A stretch of 32,000 nt of DNA from Candidatus Atelocyanobacterium thalassa isolate ALOHA (GTDB lineage Bacteria > Cyanobacteriota > Cyanobacteriia > Cyanobacteriales > Microcystaceae), in assembly GCF_000025125.1 (NCBI RefSeq), contig NC_013771.1, positions 900,001 through 932,000 on the forward strand. Reading direction: 5' to 3'. Under the pieces are notes generated by a model. It saw nothing but the letters and a program-made list of their open reading frames with translations, did not search any database and was not told the DNA's origin. A program made the position numbers and the translations under genes. This document shows, one piece after another, positions 10,234 through 20,871 of this stretch (the stretch's first letter is position 1; each line of letters starts with the position of its first letter).

Positions 10234-11529
10234 TTATATCACTGTTCCACTTTGAATAACTGCATTTTTAATAATTACAACAATTCCGTCACAAATATAA
10301 AATCCTTCATCTTCACGACTAGACTCTTGTATATCATTTTTATTTAAAATAATTACATTCTCACCAATACGTGCATTTTTATCAATAATTGCATGTTTAA
10401 TCAAACTATTTTTACCTATACCTATAGGAATTTCCTTAGGACTACTATACGAACTATTAACAGTTGAAGATTCATAAAAATCTGCTCCCATTATCATCGT
10501 GTCTTCAATATGGCAATTCATTTCGATACGACTTCTAATTCCTAATATGGAATTATGAATACGACATTTTTTGATAATACATCCCTCGCTAATCATTGAC
10601 TTTGTAATATGAGAATCAAAAACTTTAGTAGGAGGTAGGTAACGTGCATGGGTATATATAGGAGATTGTTCGTTATAAAAACTAAACGCAGGATTTGGCT
10701 GATGATTAAGAGCTAAATTAGCTTCATAAAAAGCTTGGACAGTTCCGATATCTTCCCAGTACCCATCAAATAAGTACGCTTGAAGATTGTATTGTACTGC
10801 GGCATTCGGAATAACTTCTTTTCCAAAATCAGTTTGTTCTGGATTATTTTCAAGAAGCTGTGTTAACACCTTTTTATTAAATACATAAATTCCCATTGAT
10901 GCCATGTAAGGTTTTTTTATTGCTTGCTCTTTACTTAGACCTAAAATTGAAGATTTACATTGCATTTGATTTAATTCATTTTCCGAAGGTTTTTCAAAAA
11001 AACGAATGACTTTACCTTGATTGTTAATTTTTGTCAGGCCAAGACAAGAAGCTCTTGTTTTATTTACAGGAACTACAGCTAAAGTAATATCAGCGCCAGT
11101 GATTCTATGCTGTTTGATGAAATCATCATAATCCATACGATAAAGATGATCTCCAGATAATATTAAATATTCATCGACATCCCATTCATTAAATAACCAA
11201 AGATATTGACGTACAGCATCAGCTGTTCCTTGAAACCAACTTGGATTTTCTTTTGTTTGTTGTGCTGCTAAGACTTCTACAAATCCACCACTAAAAGGAC
11301 CAAAGTTATATGTATGGGTTAAATGATGATTTAATGAAGCAGAATTAAACTGAGTTAGAACGTAAATTTTTTGTATTTTTGCATTAATACAATTGCTAAT
11401 TGGTATATCAATTAAACGATATTTTCCTGCAAGAGGAACAGCTGGTTTTGCTCTTAACTTAGTCAAAGGATATAGACGAGTACCTGCACCACCTCCTAAT
11501 ATAATTGCCAATACTTTCTTCACACACAC
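10234..11529 (-). CDS. glgC: Glucose-1-phosphate adenylyltransferase (ADP-glucose pyrophosphorylase)
   Basis: 431-aa ORF with a GTG start. It contains [58 protein letters not shown], a [13 protein letters not shown] motif and a C-terminal left-handed beta-helix region. Confidence 0.96.
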   Translation of the reverse strand: MCVKKVLAIILGGGAGTRLYPLTKLRAKPAVPLAGKYRLIDIPISNCINAKIQKIYVLTQFNSASLNHHLTHTYNFGPFSGGFVEVLAAQQTKENPSWFQGTADAVRQYLWLFNEWDVDEYLILSGDHLYRMDYDDFIKQHRITGADITLAVVPVNKTRASCLGLTKINNQGKVIRFFEKPSENELNQMQCKSSILGLSKEQAIKKPYMASMGIYVFNKKVLTQLLENNPEQTDFGKEVIPNAAVQYNLQAYLFDGYWEDIGTVQAFYEANLALNHQPNPAFSFYNEQSPIYTHARYLPPTKVFDSHITKSMISEGCIIKKCRIHNSILGIRSRIEMNCHIEDTMIMGADFYESSTVNSSYSSPKEIPIGIGKNSLIKHAIIDKNARIGENVIILNKNDIQESSREDEGFYICDGIVVIIKNAVIQSGTVI

Positions 11530-11789
11530 CTCACAATCATCTCTTAAATAAAGTGTAGAGCTAAGGAGGAAATCTGAAAAGTGATATAAAAAAGTATAAG
11601 ATTAAATTATCTCTAGATATTAATTTTAATTATATAAATAATAAAAACTAAATATCTTCTCACAATCTTTATTCTTACAATAAAAAAAGAAAATTTTTTT
11701 ATCAAAAAAGAGTATTAAAAAATATTAACAATAGTTATAATAGATTAGTGGCTATTCAATAATTAGTAGATTACGATATTAATGTTTCT

Positions 11790-13784
11790 ATGTTTCAGTT
11801 AAAGGCACCTTTTAAGCCAACAGGAGATCAGCCTAGGGCTATTGAAGAATTAATATTATCCTTAAAGGAAGGAAATAAATTTCAGACCTTGCTAGGAGCA
11901 ACTGGAACAGGTAAAACATTTTCCATTGCTTCAGTAATCGACAAAATCAAAAAACCGACCTTGATCCTAGCTCATAATAAAACCTTGGCTGCCCAATTAT
12001 GTAATGAATTAAGAAATTTTTTCCCTAATAATGCTGTGGAATATTTTATTAGTTATTATGACTATTATCAACCTGAAGCTTATATTCCTCTCAGTGACAC
12101 TTATATTGAAAAAAGTGCCTCAATTAATGACGAGATAGATATGTTAAGACATTCAGCTACTCGCTCATTATTTGAGCGACAAGATGTCATTATTATCGCA
12201 TCTATTAGTTGTATTTATGGATTAGGAATGCCCTCTGAATATCTAAAAGCCTCTATTCCCCTAGAAGTAGGAAGAGAGATTAATCAACGTCAACTTCTCA
12301 GAGACTTGGTTAATGTTCAATATTCCAGAAATGACATGGAGTTGAAAAGAGGACGATTTAGAGTTAAAGGAGATATTTTGGAAATTGTTCCTGCTTATGA
12401 AGATCGAGTTATTAGAATCGAATTTTTCGGAGATGAAGTTGATAGTATTCGATACTTACATCCAGTTTCAGGAGATATTTTAGAAGATCTTAAAAAGATT
12501 AATATTTATCCGGCACGTCATTTTGTTACGCGAAAAGATAGACTAGATGCCTCTTGTAAAGCTATTGCTGAAGAATTAGAACAACAAATTGTTAATTTTG
12601 AACAAGCCGGGAAATTATTAGAATCACAACGTATAAGTCAAAGAACACGCTATGACTTAGAACTTTTACGTGAAGTAGGATATTGTAATGGTGTTGAAAA
12701 TTATTCTCGCCACTTAGCAGGAAGAGAATCGGGAGAATCTCCAGAATGTTTAATTGATTATTTACCCAAAGATTGGTTATTAGTCGTAGATGAATCTCAT
12801 GTAACAATACCGCAAATTAGAGGGATGTATAATGGCGATCAAGCAAGAAAAAAAGTTTTAATAGATCATGGTTTTCGTCTTCCAAGTGCAGCTGACAATC
12901 GCCCTCTTAAATCAGATGAATTTTGGAGTAAAGTTAATCAGTGTATTTTTGTCTCTGCTACCCCTGGTGAATGGGAGCTTGAAAAGTCAGAGGATAAAGT
13001 CATTCAACAGGTAATTAGACCAACAGGTATACTTGATCCAAAGATATCTGTAAGACCTACAAAAAATCAAGTGGATGATTTATTAGGAGAAATTAAAGAT
13101 AGAGTACAGAGACAGGAAAGAATTCTAGTTACCACTTTAACAAAACGTATGGCAGAAGACCTAACTGAATATTTTCAAGAAAGAGAAGTTAAAGTTAGAT
13201 ATCTACACTCTGAAATCAAATCTATTGAACGTATTGAAATTTTACAAGATTTAAGAAACGGAGAATTTGATGTTTTAATTGGGGTTAATTTGCTTAGGGA
13301 AGGGCTAGATTTACCAGAAGTTTCTTTAGTAGCTATATTAGATGCAGATAAGGAAGGCTTTTTAAGAGGTGAAAAATCTTTAATCCAGATTATTGGACGT
13401 GCAGCTCGACATATTAATGGTCAAGCTATTTTATACGGGGACAAACTTACAGATAGTATGATTAAAGCTATAGAAGAAACGGAAAGAAGAAGACACATAC
13501 AATCATCATACAATGATAAAAATAATATTATCCCTAAATCTATAATTAGCGAGCGCAATAATTCTATCTTAAACTACCTTGATATTTCTCGCAGTTTAGA
13601 TACCGAGAAACTTGAAGAAATCTGTGATCATATAGAAGAAATATCTTTAGATAAAATACCTGAGTTAATCAAACAGTTAGAATCTAAAATGGAAAAATCT
13701 GCAAATCAATTAGACTTTGAATTAGCAGCAAAATACAGAGATCAGATTAAACATTTTAGAGATAAGATGTTAGGACGCCTATAA
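11790..13784 (+). CDS. uvrB: Excinuclease ABC subunit B
   Basis: 664-aa ORF. It has the [12 protein letters not shown] motif, Walker A (GATGTGKTF), a DESH box ([16 protein letters not shown]), helicase motifs ([32 protein letters not shown]) and a C-terminal UVR domain ([17 protein letters not shown]). Confidence 0.97.
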   Translation: MFQLKAPFKPTGDQPRAIEELILSLKEGNKFQTLLGATGTGKTFSIASVIDKIKKPTLILAHNKTLAAQLCNELRNFFPNNAVEYFISYYDYYQPEAYIPLSDTYIEKSASINDEIDMLRHSATRSLFERQDVIIIASISCIYGLGMPSEYLKASIPLEVGREINQRQLLRDLVNVQYSRNDMELKRGRFRVKGDILEIVPAYEDRVIRIEFFGDEVDSIRYLHPVSGDILEDLKKINIYPARHFVTRKDRLDASCKAIAEELEQQIVNFEQAGKLLESQRISQRTRYDLELLREVGYCNGVENYSRHLAGRESGESPECLIDYLPKDWLLVVDESHVTIPQIRGMYNGDQARKKVLIDHGFRLPSAADNRPLKSDEFWSKVNQCIFVSATPGEWELEKSEDKVIQQVIRPTGILDPKISVRPTKNQVDDLLGEIKDRVQRQERILVTTLTKRMAEDLTEYFQEREVKVRYLHSEIKSIERIEILQDLRNGEFDVLIGVNLLREGLDLPEVSLVAILDADKEGFLRGEKSLIQIIGRAARHINGQAILYGDKLTDSMIKAIEETERRRHIQSSYNDKNNIIPKSIISERNNSILNYLDISRSLDTEKLEEICDHIEEISLDKIPELIKQLESKMEKSANQLDFELAAKYRDQIKHFRDKMLGRL

Positions 13785-13878
13785 GTTGACTCATAAGTCT
13801 ATATTTATAATCTCTGAATGTTTGAATTTGTTGAATTCTTTTAATGTATTCTTAGTACTAGAATATTGAAAAGCTTTA

Positions 13879-13959
13879 TGCGGATAGCGAGATTTGAACT
13901 CGCATGGCCTAAGCCACACGCCCCTCAAGCGTGCGTGTCTACCGTTCCACCATATCCGC
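13879..13959 (-). tRNA. tRNA-Leu, anticodon GAG, with a long variable arm and no encoded CCA
   Basis: The reverse complement folds by hand as a cloverleaf: acceptor GCGGATA/TATCCGC, D-arm GTG-GAACGGTAGA-CAC, anticodon stem CACGC/GCGTG with loop TTGAGGG (anticodon GAG), a 13-nt variable arm TGGCTTAGGCCAT, T-arm GCGAG-TTCAAAT-CTCGC and discriminator A. Total length is 81 nt. Confidence 0.93.
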
Positions 13960-14173
13960 AGAGATTTCATCGTAGCACAAATAACAGAAAAAGGGCTATG
14001 GTTTATAGTGCGTTGATAATTATTTGTCTTTAGACTACTTAATAAAGTCAGTATATCAAGTAATTAAATTGTAAAGAAGTCTATAATCAAAGCAAAGCCA
14101 TGAGATTTTGTTAAACTTTCTTTGCTATTAAATAGTTTAGAATATTTGAAATTATAACTTCTTCTTTAACAGG

Positions 14174-14860
14174 TTAAATTCTACCGTAGTAAGCAATTTT
14201 TCTATTAGATTGCCAGGCCCACATCTGATCTCCAAGAGAAAAATGCCACCATTCATTCGGATGTCGTACAAATCCATAATTACTCATAATCTTGTTTAAT
14301 ATTTCTCTTCTCTCGTTATAAGCTATTTCCATAGAACTTTTACTGTGAAAATAATAGAAAGGATGTGATTTTTTAGATAAATCATCAATTTCACACCCCA
14401 TATCTAGTAAACATCCTTTAGAATTAACTAAGGTTAAATCGATTGCTGCTCCAGTACTGTGCGGTGGTGGAGAAGTATATTTTTTAGAGGGAACAGCCCA
14501 AATTTTATAAACTTGGTTAAGAAGATTTCTTTTTTCTAAAATAGATAGTTTCTTGGAATTTAGTCCTTGTTCTCTTGTTAAGTGAGAAAAAGTATAATCC
14601 ACCATAAACTGTTGTACGTTTATGGGGCGATAAGCATCAAAAATGTGAAGCTTCCATCCTTCATACTTATTTTGTAAATAGTTTTGTGCACTTTTTAAAG
14701 ATTCTAAAACCATGGAGCGCAAATAATAAGGTGATTTACCTCCATATATGGCTCCTAATTTTTTGTAAGGATGTGGATCTTGGACGGAAAAATACTCTAA
14801 AGGAATGGGAACAAGCTCATCCTTACAATCTTGGATTACAATTTTGCTATAGTTTTTCAT
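14174..14860 (-). CDS. ddpX: D-alanyl-D-alanine dipeptidase (peptidase M15D, VanX/DdpX family)
   Basis: 228-aa ORF with the VanX-type zinc and catalytic motifs: FDAYRP, PPHSTGAAIDLTL (the SxHxxGxAxD type) and NEWWHFS (the ExxH type). Confidence 0.88.
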   Translation of the reverse strand: MKNYSKIVIQDCKDELVPIPLEYFSVQDPHPYKKLGAIYGGKSPYYLRSMVLESLKSAQNYLQNKYEGWKLHIFDAYRPINVQQFMVDYTFSHLTREQGLNSKKLSILEKRNLLNQVYKIWAVPSKKYTSPPPHSTGAAIDLTLVNSKGCLLDMGCEIDDLSKKSHPFYYFHSKSSMEIAYNERREILNKIMSNYGFVRHPNEWWHFSLGDQMWAWQSNRKIAYYGRI

Positions 14861-15009
14861 TAATTTTATATTTTATATAAGTCGATATATACACAGTAAA
14901 GTAAAACTGAAATAATTTAAATTATGGTCAAAAGTTAATTACTTTTTTAGAATATGGTCCTGTAAAAAACAATCAAATATTACTTATATATTAGCTTGCG
15001 AATGAAAAA

Positions 15010-16674
15010 TCATTTCACCACTTTTTCAATCTTAGAGCGAGTAATTTTCCAAAATGGAAATGTTTGATTCAAATTAAAAATTGTTCCATTAATATCATTT
15101 TGAATAAATGCATATTCTTTAGTTTGCCAAAGAGGTATGTAAGGAACGTCTTCTGCTAGGATTTTTTGAATTTTAACAAAAATTTCTTCTCTTTCTGTCG
15201 AGTTTAACGTTTTTCTTTGCTGAGTAATTAATTGGTTAATTTTTTCATTATGATAAAAAGAGCCTTGGACTTGAGAACTCCCTTCTATGCAATTTTGCGT
15301 TGCTGTACCTTTAATGCAATTTAAAAACGGATAAATATAGTTATCTGCATCTAAAAAGTCTGGGTACCAATTAGAGAGAATTGATTGGTAAGAACCTAAA
15401 CTTAAGTTTTTAAAGAAAGCTACTGAAGATATATTGTTAGGAATAAATTTTAGCAATCCTCCAAAATCTCTTTTAGCTAAGCTCTTTAGAATAGCAGCTG
15501 CTTGGCTCATTTCTGCTGAATCAGAAGAATACCATATTTCAATGGTGGCAGGATTTTTCCTAGAGAATCCTGCTTCAATCAAAAGTTGTTTTGCTTCAGC
15601 TACATTATTATATATATCTTTAAAGACAGGTCGGGAAACATTAAAAGATTTTGGTATCATGGTGTATGAAAGTTCGCTTTGTCCTTTGAAAATACGTTCA
15701 TTAAATAGCTCGCGATCTATCAATGTTGCAATTGCCTTTCTAATAACCTTTTGACTAGTAAATTCTGAGTTAACGTTTAGGGCCATAAAAGTAATATTTG
15801 TACTTATATTTTCGATAACTTTACCCTTTCCAGCACGAGATTCCTTTATTAAATTTTCAACTTGTTCTGGAGTTAAAGACTGATAAGCAATATCAATACT
15901 TTTAGTACGAAAAGCATTAAAAAGATTCGCTGCATTATTAGAATATATTTGTAAATTAATACCTTGATTTTTAGGCTTTTCTCCCCAGTAGTTATCAAAA
16001 GTATCTAATTGTAATAAACCAGTATGAAATTTTTTTAATTTATATGGCCCCGTTCCAACAAAATTGTTTGGAACAAATTTTCCTTTACCTATTTGATAAG
16101 CTTGTGGAGATACTGCGCAAATTCCAGGAAAAGCCAAAAGAGCAGGAAAAGCAGAAAAAGGCTCTTTTAATGTAATGATCAATTCATACTTTCCATTAGT
16201 TTCTATTTTTTCAATAGTATTAGTTAATAAAAAAGAAGGTTTTCCTCCATTAGCCATAAACCTTTCCAGTGAAAAAGCCATTGCTTCTGAATTAAAGGCT
16301 GTACCATCATGAAATTTAACTCCTTTCCTGAGGCGGATAGTATAAACAAGACCATTTTTACTTATAGTGGGCATCTTTGTAGCTAATTGCGGCTTTAACT
16401 TAGTAGTGCCTACTTCATAAGTATAAAGAGTATCACTTAGATTATAGATAATCATCATTCCAGATAATTCATAATTATCTGCTGGATCTATTGTACGAGG
16501 CTGGGAAATTGTGCCAATAGTTATACGATCACTATTATTTTCAGATGCAGAAGAAGATGTTAATTCTGATTGTTTATTACAACCTGTGATTAATACCAAA
16601 TAAGTACTGAGAAATGATAGGGTTATTAGCTTTCTTGCTTGATATGACCTTTTCCAAAACCCTTGTATAATCAT
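15010..16674 (-). CDS. ABC transporter substrate-binding lipoprotein, family 5 (peptide/nickel, DppA/OppA/DdpA-like)
   Basis: 554-aa ORF. A signal peptide with lipobox (LVLITGC) is followed by a Ser-rich linker. Family-5 SBP hallmarks are present (TIDPADNYELSG, LRKGVKFHDGTAFNSEAMAFSLER, GTGPYKLKKF). No permease or ATPase genes are adjacent. Confidence 0.88.
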   Translation of the reverse strand: MIIQGFWKRSYQARKLITLSFLSTYLVLITGCNKQSELTSSSASENNSDRITIGTISQPRTIDPADNYELSGMMIIYNLSDTLYTYEVGTTKLKPQLATKMPTISKNGLVYTIRLRKGVKFHDGTAFNSEAMAFSLERFMANGGKPSFLLTNTIEKIETNGKYELIITLKEPFSAFPALLAFPGICAVSPQAYQIGKGKFVPNNFVGTGPYKLKKFHTGLLQLDTFDNYWGEKPKNQGINLQIYSNNAANLFNAFRTKSIDIAYQSLTPEQVENLIKESRAGKGKVIENISTNITFMALNVNSEFTSQKVIRKAIATLIDRELFNERIFKGQSELSYTMIPKSFNVSRPVFKDIYNNVAEAKQLLIEAGFSRKNPATIEIWYSSDSAEMSQAAAILKSLAKRDFGGLLKFIPNNISSVAFFKNLSLGSYQSILSNWYPDFLDADNYIYPFLNCIKGTATQNCIEGSSQVQGSFYHNEKINQLITQQRKTLNSTEREEIFVKIQKILAEDVPYIPLWQTKEYAFIQNDINGTIFNLNQTFPFWKITRSKIEKVVK

Positions 16675-16851
16675 ATTCTATATTTTTTGTAGGTAGATTT
16701 ATCTTCTTTATACTAAAGAGAAACACTTTTTTTAAATCTTCAATGATAAAGCCTGATGTTTTAATTATAAATATTTAATATTAGTTTGAACAAGGTTTTA
16801 ATAAATTTTTAAAAAGTAAAAATCAACAACATTATGAAGTTAGAAACTTAT

Positions 16852-16911
16852 TTATATCAGCTAAATAAAGTAATATAATTTTCACTATATTACTTTATTT
16901 AGCTGATATAA
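16852..16911. repeat. Perfect 26-bp inverted repeat with an 8-nt spacer, lying between the divergent SBP and sat genes
   Basis: The left arm, 16852-16877 (TTATATCAGCTAAATAAAGTAATATA), is the exact reverse complement of the right arm, 16886-16911 (TATATTACTTTATTTAGCTGATATAA). The spacer is ATTTTCAC. A TATAAT hexamer (16874-16879) straddles the arm/loop boundary. Confidence 0.9.
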
Positions 16912-16964
16912 GCCAAAGATTCTCAGAGCCTGTTAGGATAGACTTTGTAAGTTAAATTCTAATT

Positions 16965-18134
16965 TTGAAAATGACACAAGTAAGCATTATTTTACCTCAT
17001 GGTGGTCAATTAATTGATTGCATTGCACCTTTAAACAAAAGAGAAGAGTTTTTATCCCAACAAAATAACTTACCAAAACTACTATTAGATGAGCGTGCTG
17101 TCTCTGATCTCGTTATGATAGCAATTGGAGGATTTAGCCCTCTCACAGGTTTCATGGAAGAAGAAGATTATCGATCAGTAGTTGAAAATATGCATTTAAG
17201 TAACGGAACTCCTTGGTCAATTCCAATCACTTTACCTGTTAAAGAAGAAGTTGCAAATTGTTTTAGAGAAGGAGACCTGATTAGATTAGATAATTCAGAT
17301 GGTGAATTTATTGGAGTTTTAGAATTAACTCAAAAATATAAATATCAGAAAAGTAAAGAAGCAATAAAAGTTTATAAAACTGAAGACGAGAAACATCCTG
17401 GAGTTCAGGTATTATATGGACAAGGAGAAATTAATTTAGCTGGACCTGTATGGTTATTAAAAAGAAATAGCCATAAACTTTTTCCAAAGTATCAGATCGA
17501 TCCTAAAGAATCTAGAAAATTATTCCAAGAAAAAAAATGGTCTACTATCGTTGGATTTCAAACACGTAATCCAATTCATCGAGCTCATGAATATATTCAA
17601 AAATGTGCTTTAGAAGTAGTGGATGGTTTGTTTTTACATCCTCTGGTTGGTGCTACAAAGAGTGATGATATTCCTGCAGATGTACGAATGAAATGTTATG
17701 AAATCATGATAGATAATTATTTCCCTCAAGAAAGAGTTACTTTAGCTATTAATCCATCAGCTATGCGATATGCAGGACCTAGAGAAGCTATATTTCACGC
17801 AATTATACGCAAAAATTATGGTTGTACTCACTTTATAGTAGGTCGAGACCATGCAGGTGTTGGTGATTACTATGGTACTTATGATGCTCAAGAGATTTTC
17901 AACGAGTTTGATTCAAGCGCCTTAGGTATTCTTCCTATGAAATTCGAACATGCTTTTTATTGTAAAAAGACTCAACAAATGGCTACTAGCAAGACAAGTC
18001 CAAGTAAAGAAGAAGATCGAGTTCATTTATCAGGAACTAAAGTTAGAGAAATGTTAAGGAAAGGAAATATGCCACCTATAGAGTTTTCCCGTCCTGAAGT
18101 TGCTAAAGAACTTATAAAAGCAATGAAAAATTAA
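16965..18134 (+). CDS. sat: Sulfate adenylyltransferase (ATP sulfurylase)
   Basis: 389-aa ORF. The track starts at TTG 16965, but ATG at 16971 ([15 protein letters not shown]) is the more likely start. Signatures present are [24 protein letters not shown] and GRDHAGVG. Confidence 0.95.
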   Translation: MKMTQVSIILPHGGQLIDCIAPLNKREEFLSQQNNLPKLLLDERAVSDLVMIAIGGFSPLTGFMEEEDYRSVVENMHLSNGTPWSIPITLPVKEEVANCFREGDLIRLDNSDGEFIGVLELTQKYKYQKSKEAIKVYKTEDEKHPGVQVLYGQGEINLAGPVWLLKRNSHKLFPKYQIDPKESRKLFQEKKWSTIVGFQTRNPIHRAHEYIQKCALEVVDGLFLHPLVGATKSDDIPADVRMKCYEIMIDNYFPQERVTLAINPSAMRYAGPREAIFHAIIRKNYGCTHFIVGRDHAGVGDYYGTYDAQEIFNEFDSSALGILPMKFEHAFYCKKTQQMATSKTSPSKEEDRVHLSGTKVREMLRKGNMPPIEFSRPEVAKELIKAMKN

Positions 18135-18283
18135 TATGAGTAGTTTAAGGAAATTAAAATAAAGATTATTATTAATTTTTCAATTGATTCCTTAAAAACG
18201 CTATAATTACAATATGTAATTCAATCCATACATTTTAGAGTAATTTTTATAGCATTATTTCCCCAAGAGAGCAAATAGAAACC

Positions 18284-20518
18284 ATGAAATGGGATCGACG
18301 AACTTTTTTACAGACCTTACTCACCTGGGGAATTGCTCAGGGAAGTATTATATGGCCAAGCTACAATAGTAGACTTTATAAGTACCACAAGGTACTGGCA
18401 GAACCCACAGATCGTAAGTTAGCTTTATTAATAGGTATTAATACTTATACTAAAAATCTTGGATTAAAAGGTTGTTTAACTGATATTGAAAGGCAAAAAG
18501 ATTTGTTGATTAATCGCTTTGGCTTTCATCCAAAAAACATTCTTATCCTATCTAATGAACAAGCAACCCGCCAAGGTATTAAAAATGCTTTCCTAGAACA
18601 TCTAGTAAATCAAGCTAAGCCAGGTGATGTTGCTTTAGTTCATTTTAGTGGCTATGGTGCACAAGTTAAAATTCCTTCAAATTCCCCTAATACGATACCT
18701 GGTGTTGCCAACTATCCAATTTTAGCTCAAGGAATTATTCCTAGTGAAGATAATCAATCAAATAAAAATATAACTATCACAAATAATATTCTTGAAGAAA
18801 CATTATTTTTACTAGGAAAACTGATAGATACAGAAAAACTAACTATGGTTTTTGATACTAGTTACTGTAGTACTGGAGAGATTAATCAAGGAAGTTTAAG
18901 AGTACGTTCTCTGCCATATAAGTTTCCGGAAGCCAATATAGATGAGTTAGTTTGGCAAGCAGAATTAAAAAATAAAATTCAAAATAGTAAAATTTCAGCT
19001 AATTATGGAACTATTTTGTCTGCTGCTAGGAAGGGGCAAATTGCTACAGAAATTAAAGGGGGAAATTTTAGCGTAGGACTTTTTACGTACGCATTGACTC
19101 AATATTTGTGGTCAGTTACCCCCGCTAGTCGGATTAATATAGTTTTAAATAAAGCTACAGAGGAAATTCTTCCAATTATGGGAGAAAATCAGCAGCCAGA
19201 ACAACAAAGTAATATTAAGCAATCTCTATTTGCATATTATCTTTTGCCAACCAACCTTCAAGGAGCAGAGGTTCTGGTTAGTTCCGCTGAAGATCTTGAT
19301 AATATTCAAGTTATTTTTACTGGATTCTCAGTAAACATCTTGAGGCATTATGGATTAAATTCTATTTTTCATAATATTTCTTCCACTTCATCGTCTTTTT
19401 TTCAACTACATTCTCGTGATGGTTTGAAAGGAAAAGTACGGCAGATCTTTAAAGGAACAACAAGTCGTCAAACTGACTTAACAGGTAAATTCCTACAGGA
19501 ATCAGTTCGTTGCTTACCAAAAATAATAGGATTAACTGTTGCCCTTGATCCAAAGTTACAAAGAATTGAAAGAGTAGATGCCACTAGTGCTTTTTCTGCA
19601 ATTGACACAGTTGCAGGCATAGCCAGTGATGAGGAGCCAGTTGATTGTATTTTAGGATTACTGGCTTCATTTACTTCTTCATCTTCTAATCTAACTACTT
19701 TAAATTCATCAGAAAAGTCAAAGTATGGACTTTTCTTACCAGGTGGTGTTCAGATACCTAATACTTCAGGAAAGACTGGAGAAGCTATAAAATCTTCTGT
19801 TGAAAGGCTACGTCCAAATTTAGAAAATCTTCTAGCAGTTAAGCTACTAAGATTGACTGTTAATGAAAACTCTTCAAAGTTACTTTTTTCTATTAATCTC
19901 GAGGGACTTAATCCTGATCCTTATCCAATAGATAGACGAGAAACCAATAGAAATAAAACGTTTACTTCTCAAATAGACAAAATTGAGAACAATTCTCATG
20001 AGGTATATAATCTCCAAGGGCTGCCTAAAATTGCTAGAGGTACTCGTTTACGTTGTTGTATACAAAACCAAGGCAATAAGACTCTTGACTTTATAATTAT
20101 CGGAATTAGTAGTAATGGTAAAGTAACCGCTTATATTCCTGCCCATGAAAAAGAAATAGAATGCGATACTCAAGATGCAAGTTTTTTAGAACCTGGAATG
20201 AAAAATATTATTCCTTCTAGTTCTAGCGGTCTAACCTGGACAACTTCTAGTACTAGAGGATGGGAACAAATTTTATCAATTTCTTCAATATATCCTTTCT
20301 ATAATACTTGGCAAGCTTTAAAAAAAATACCAGAATTTAAAAGCCAAAAAGATCAAATGATTATTCTTGATGATCCACTAAGCATAGCCAAAGCACTTTT
20401 AGAGGATTTGAATACAGCTAGCTTGAAAATAAATAAGATGATCACGTCAAATTCTGATACCTATAATCTTGATGTCCAAGTCTGGTCTACTTTAAGTTTT
20501 ACTTATCAAATTATTTAA
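18284..20518 (+). CDS. Caspase-fold (peptidase C14, orthocaspase-like) protein with a substituted catalytic dyad, a twin-arginine signal and a long C-terminal extension (DUF4384-like region near the end)
   Basis: 744-aa ORF. It has an N-terminal Tat-like motif (MKWDRRTFLQTLL) and p20-like region (RKLALLIGINTYTKNLGLKGCLTDIERQKDLLINRFGF...ATRQGIKNAF). Tyr occupies the catalytic His site in VHFSGYG (TAT 18653-18655). In FDTSYCSTG, Ser appears to occupy the catalytic Cys position (AGT 18860-18862). Confidence 0.8.
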   Translation: MKWDRRTFLQTLLTWGIAQGSIIWPSYNSRLYKYHKVLAEPTDRKLALLIGINTYTKNLGLKGCLTDIERQKDLLINRFGFHPKNILILSNEQATRQGIKNAFLEHLVNQAKPGDVALVHFSGYGAQVKIPSNSPNTIPGVANYPILAQGIIPSEDNQSNKNITITNNILEETLFLLGKLIDTEKLTMVFDTSYCSTGEINQGSLRVRSLPYKFPEANIDELVWQAELKNKIQNSKISANYGTILSAARKGQIATEIKGGNFSVGLFTYALTQYLWSVTPASRINIVLNKATEEILPIMGENQQPEQQSNIKQSLFAYYLLPTNLQGAEVLVSSAEDLDNIQVIFTGFSVNILRHYGLNSIFHNISSTSSSFFQLHSRDGLKGKVRQIFKGTTSRQTDLTGKFLQESVRCLPKIIGLTVALDPKLQRIERVDATSAFSAIDTVAGIASDEEPVDCILGLLASFTSSSSNLTTLNSSEKSKYGLFLPGGVQIPNTSGKTGEAIKSSVERLRPNLENLLAVKLLRLTVNENSSKLLFSINLEGLNPDPYPIDRRETNRNKTFTSQIDKIENNSHEVYNLQGLPKIARGTRLRCCIQNQGNKTLDFIIIGISSNGKVTAYIPAHEKEIECDTQDASFLEPGMKNIIPSSSSGLTWTTSSTRGWEQILSISSIYPFYNTWQALKKIPEFKSQKDQMIILDDPLSIAKALLEDLNTASLKINKMITSNSDTYNLDVQVWSTLSFTYQII

Positions 20519-20871
20519 ATTTTTTATATTTAGAAGTTTTAAGATATGTTAAGGTCAGAAATTTCAATTTTTTAAAAAATACAACCGTACCGTTTTACTG
20601 AAAATTTTATAAGGCAATTATTTGTTTTACAAATATTAAAAAAGTTGACTATACGTATACTATTTTCACAAGAATGAATACTATATTCATTTTTTAAGTA
20701 ACTAATTTTGTCCATTTTGTTACTTAATTTCCTTTTTTAACTGAAAAGACTTTGAATAAGATCTGATTTTAGGTTAGTTTAAACAAGGTTGTGTTAACTT
20801 AGATGGGTAAAACGTATAAGAATGAGACATAGTCTGCTCCTACTCATCTCCTCTTATCACGCTGCAAGTAC

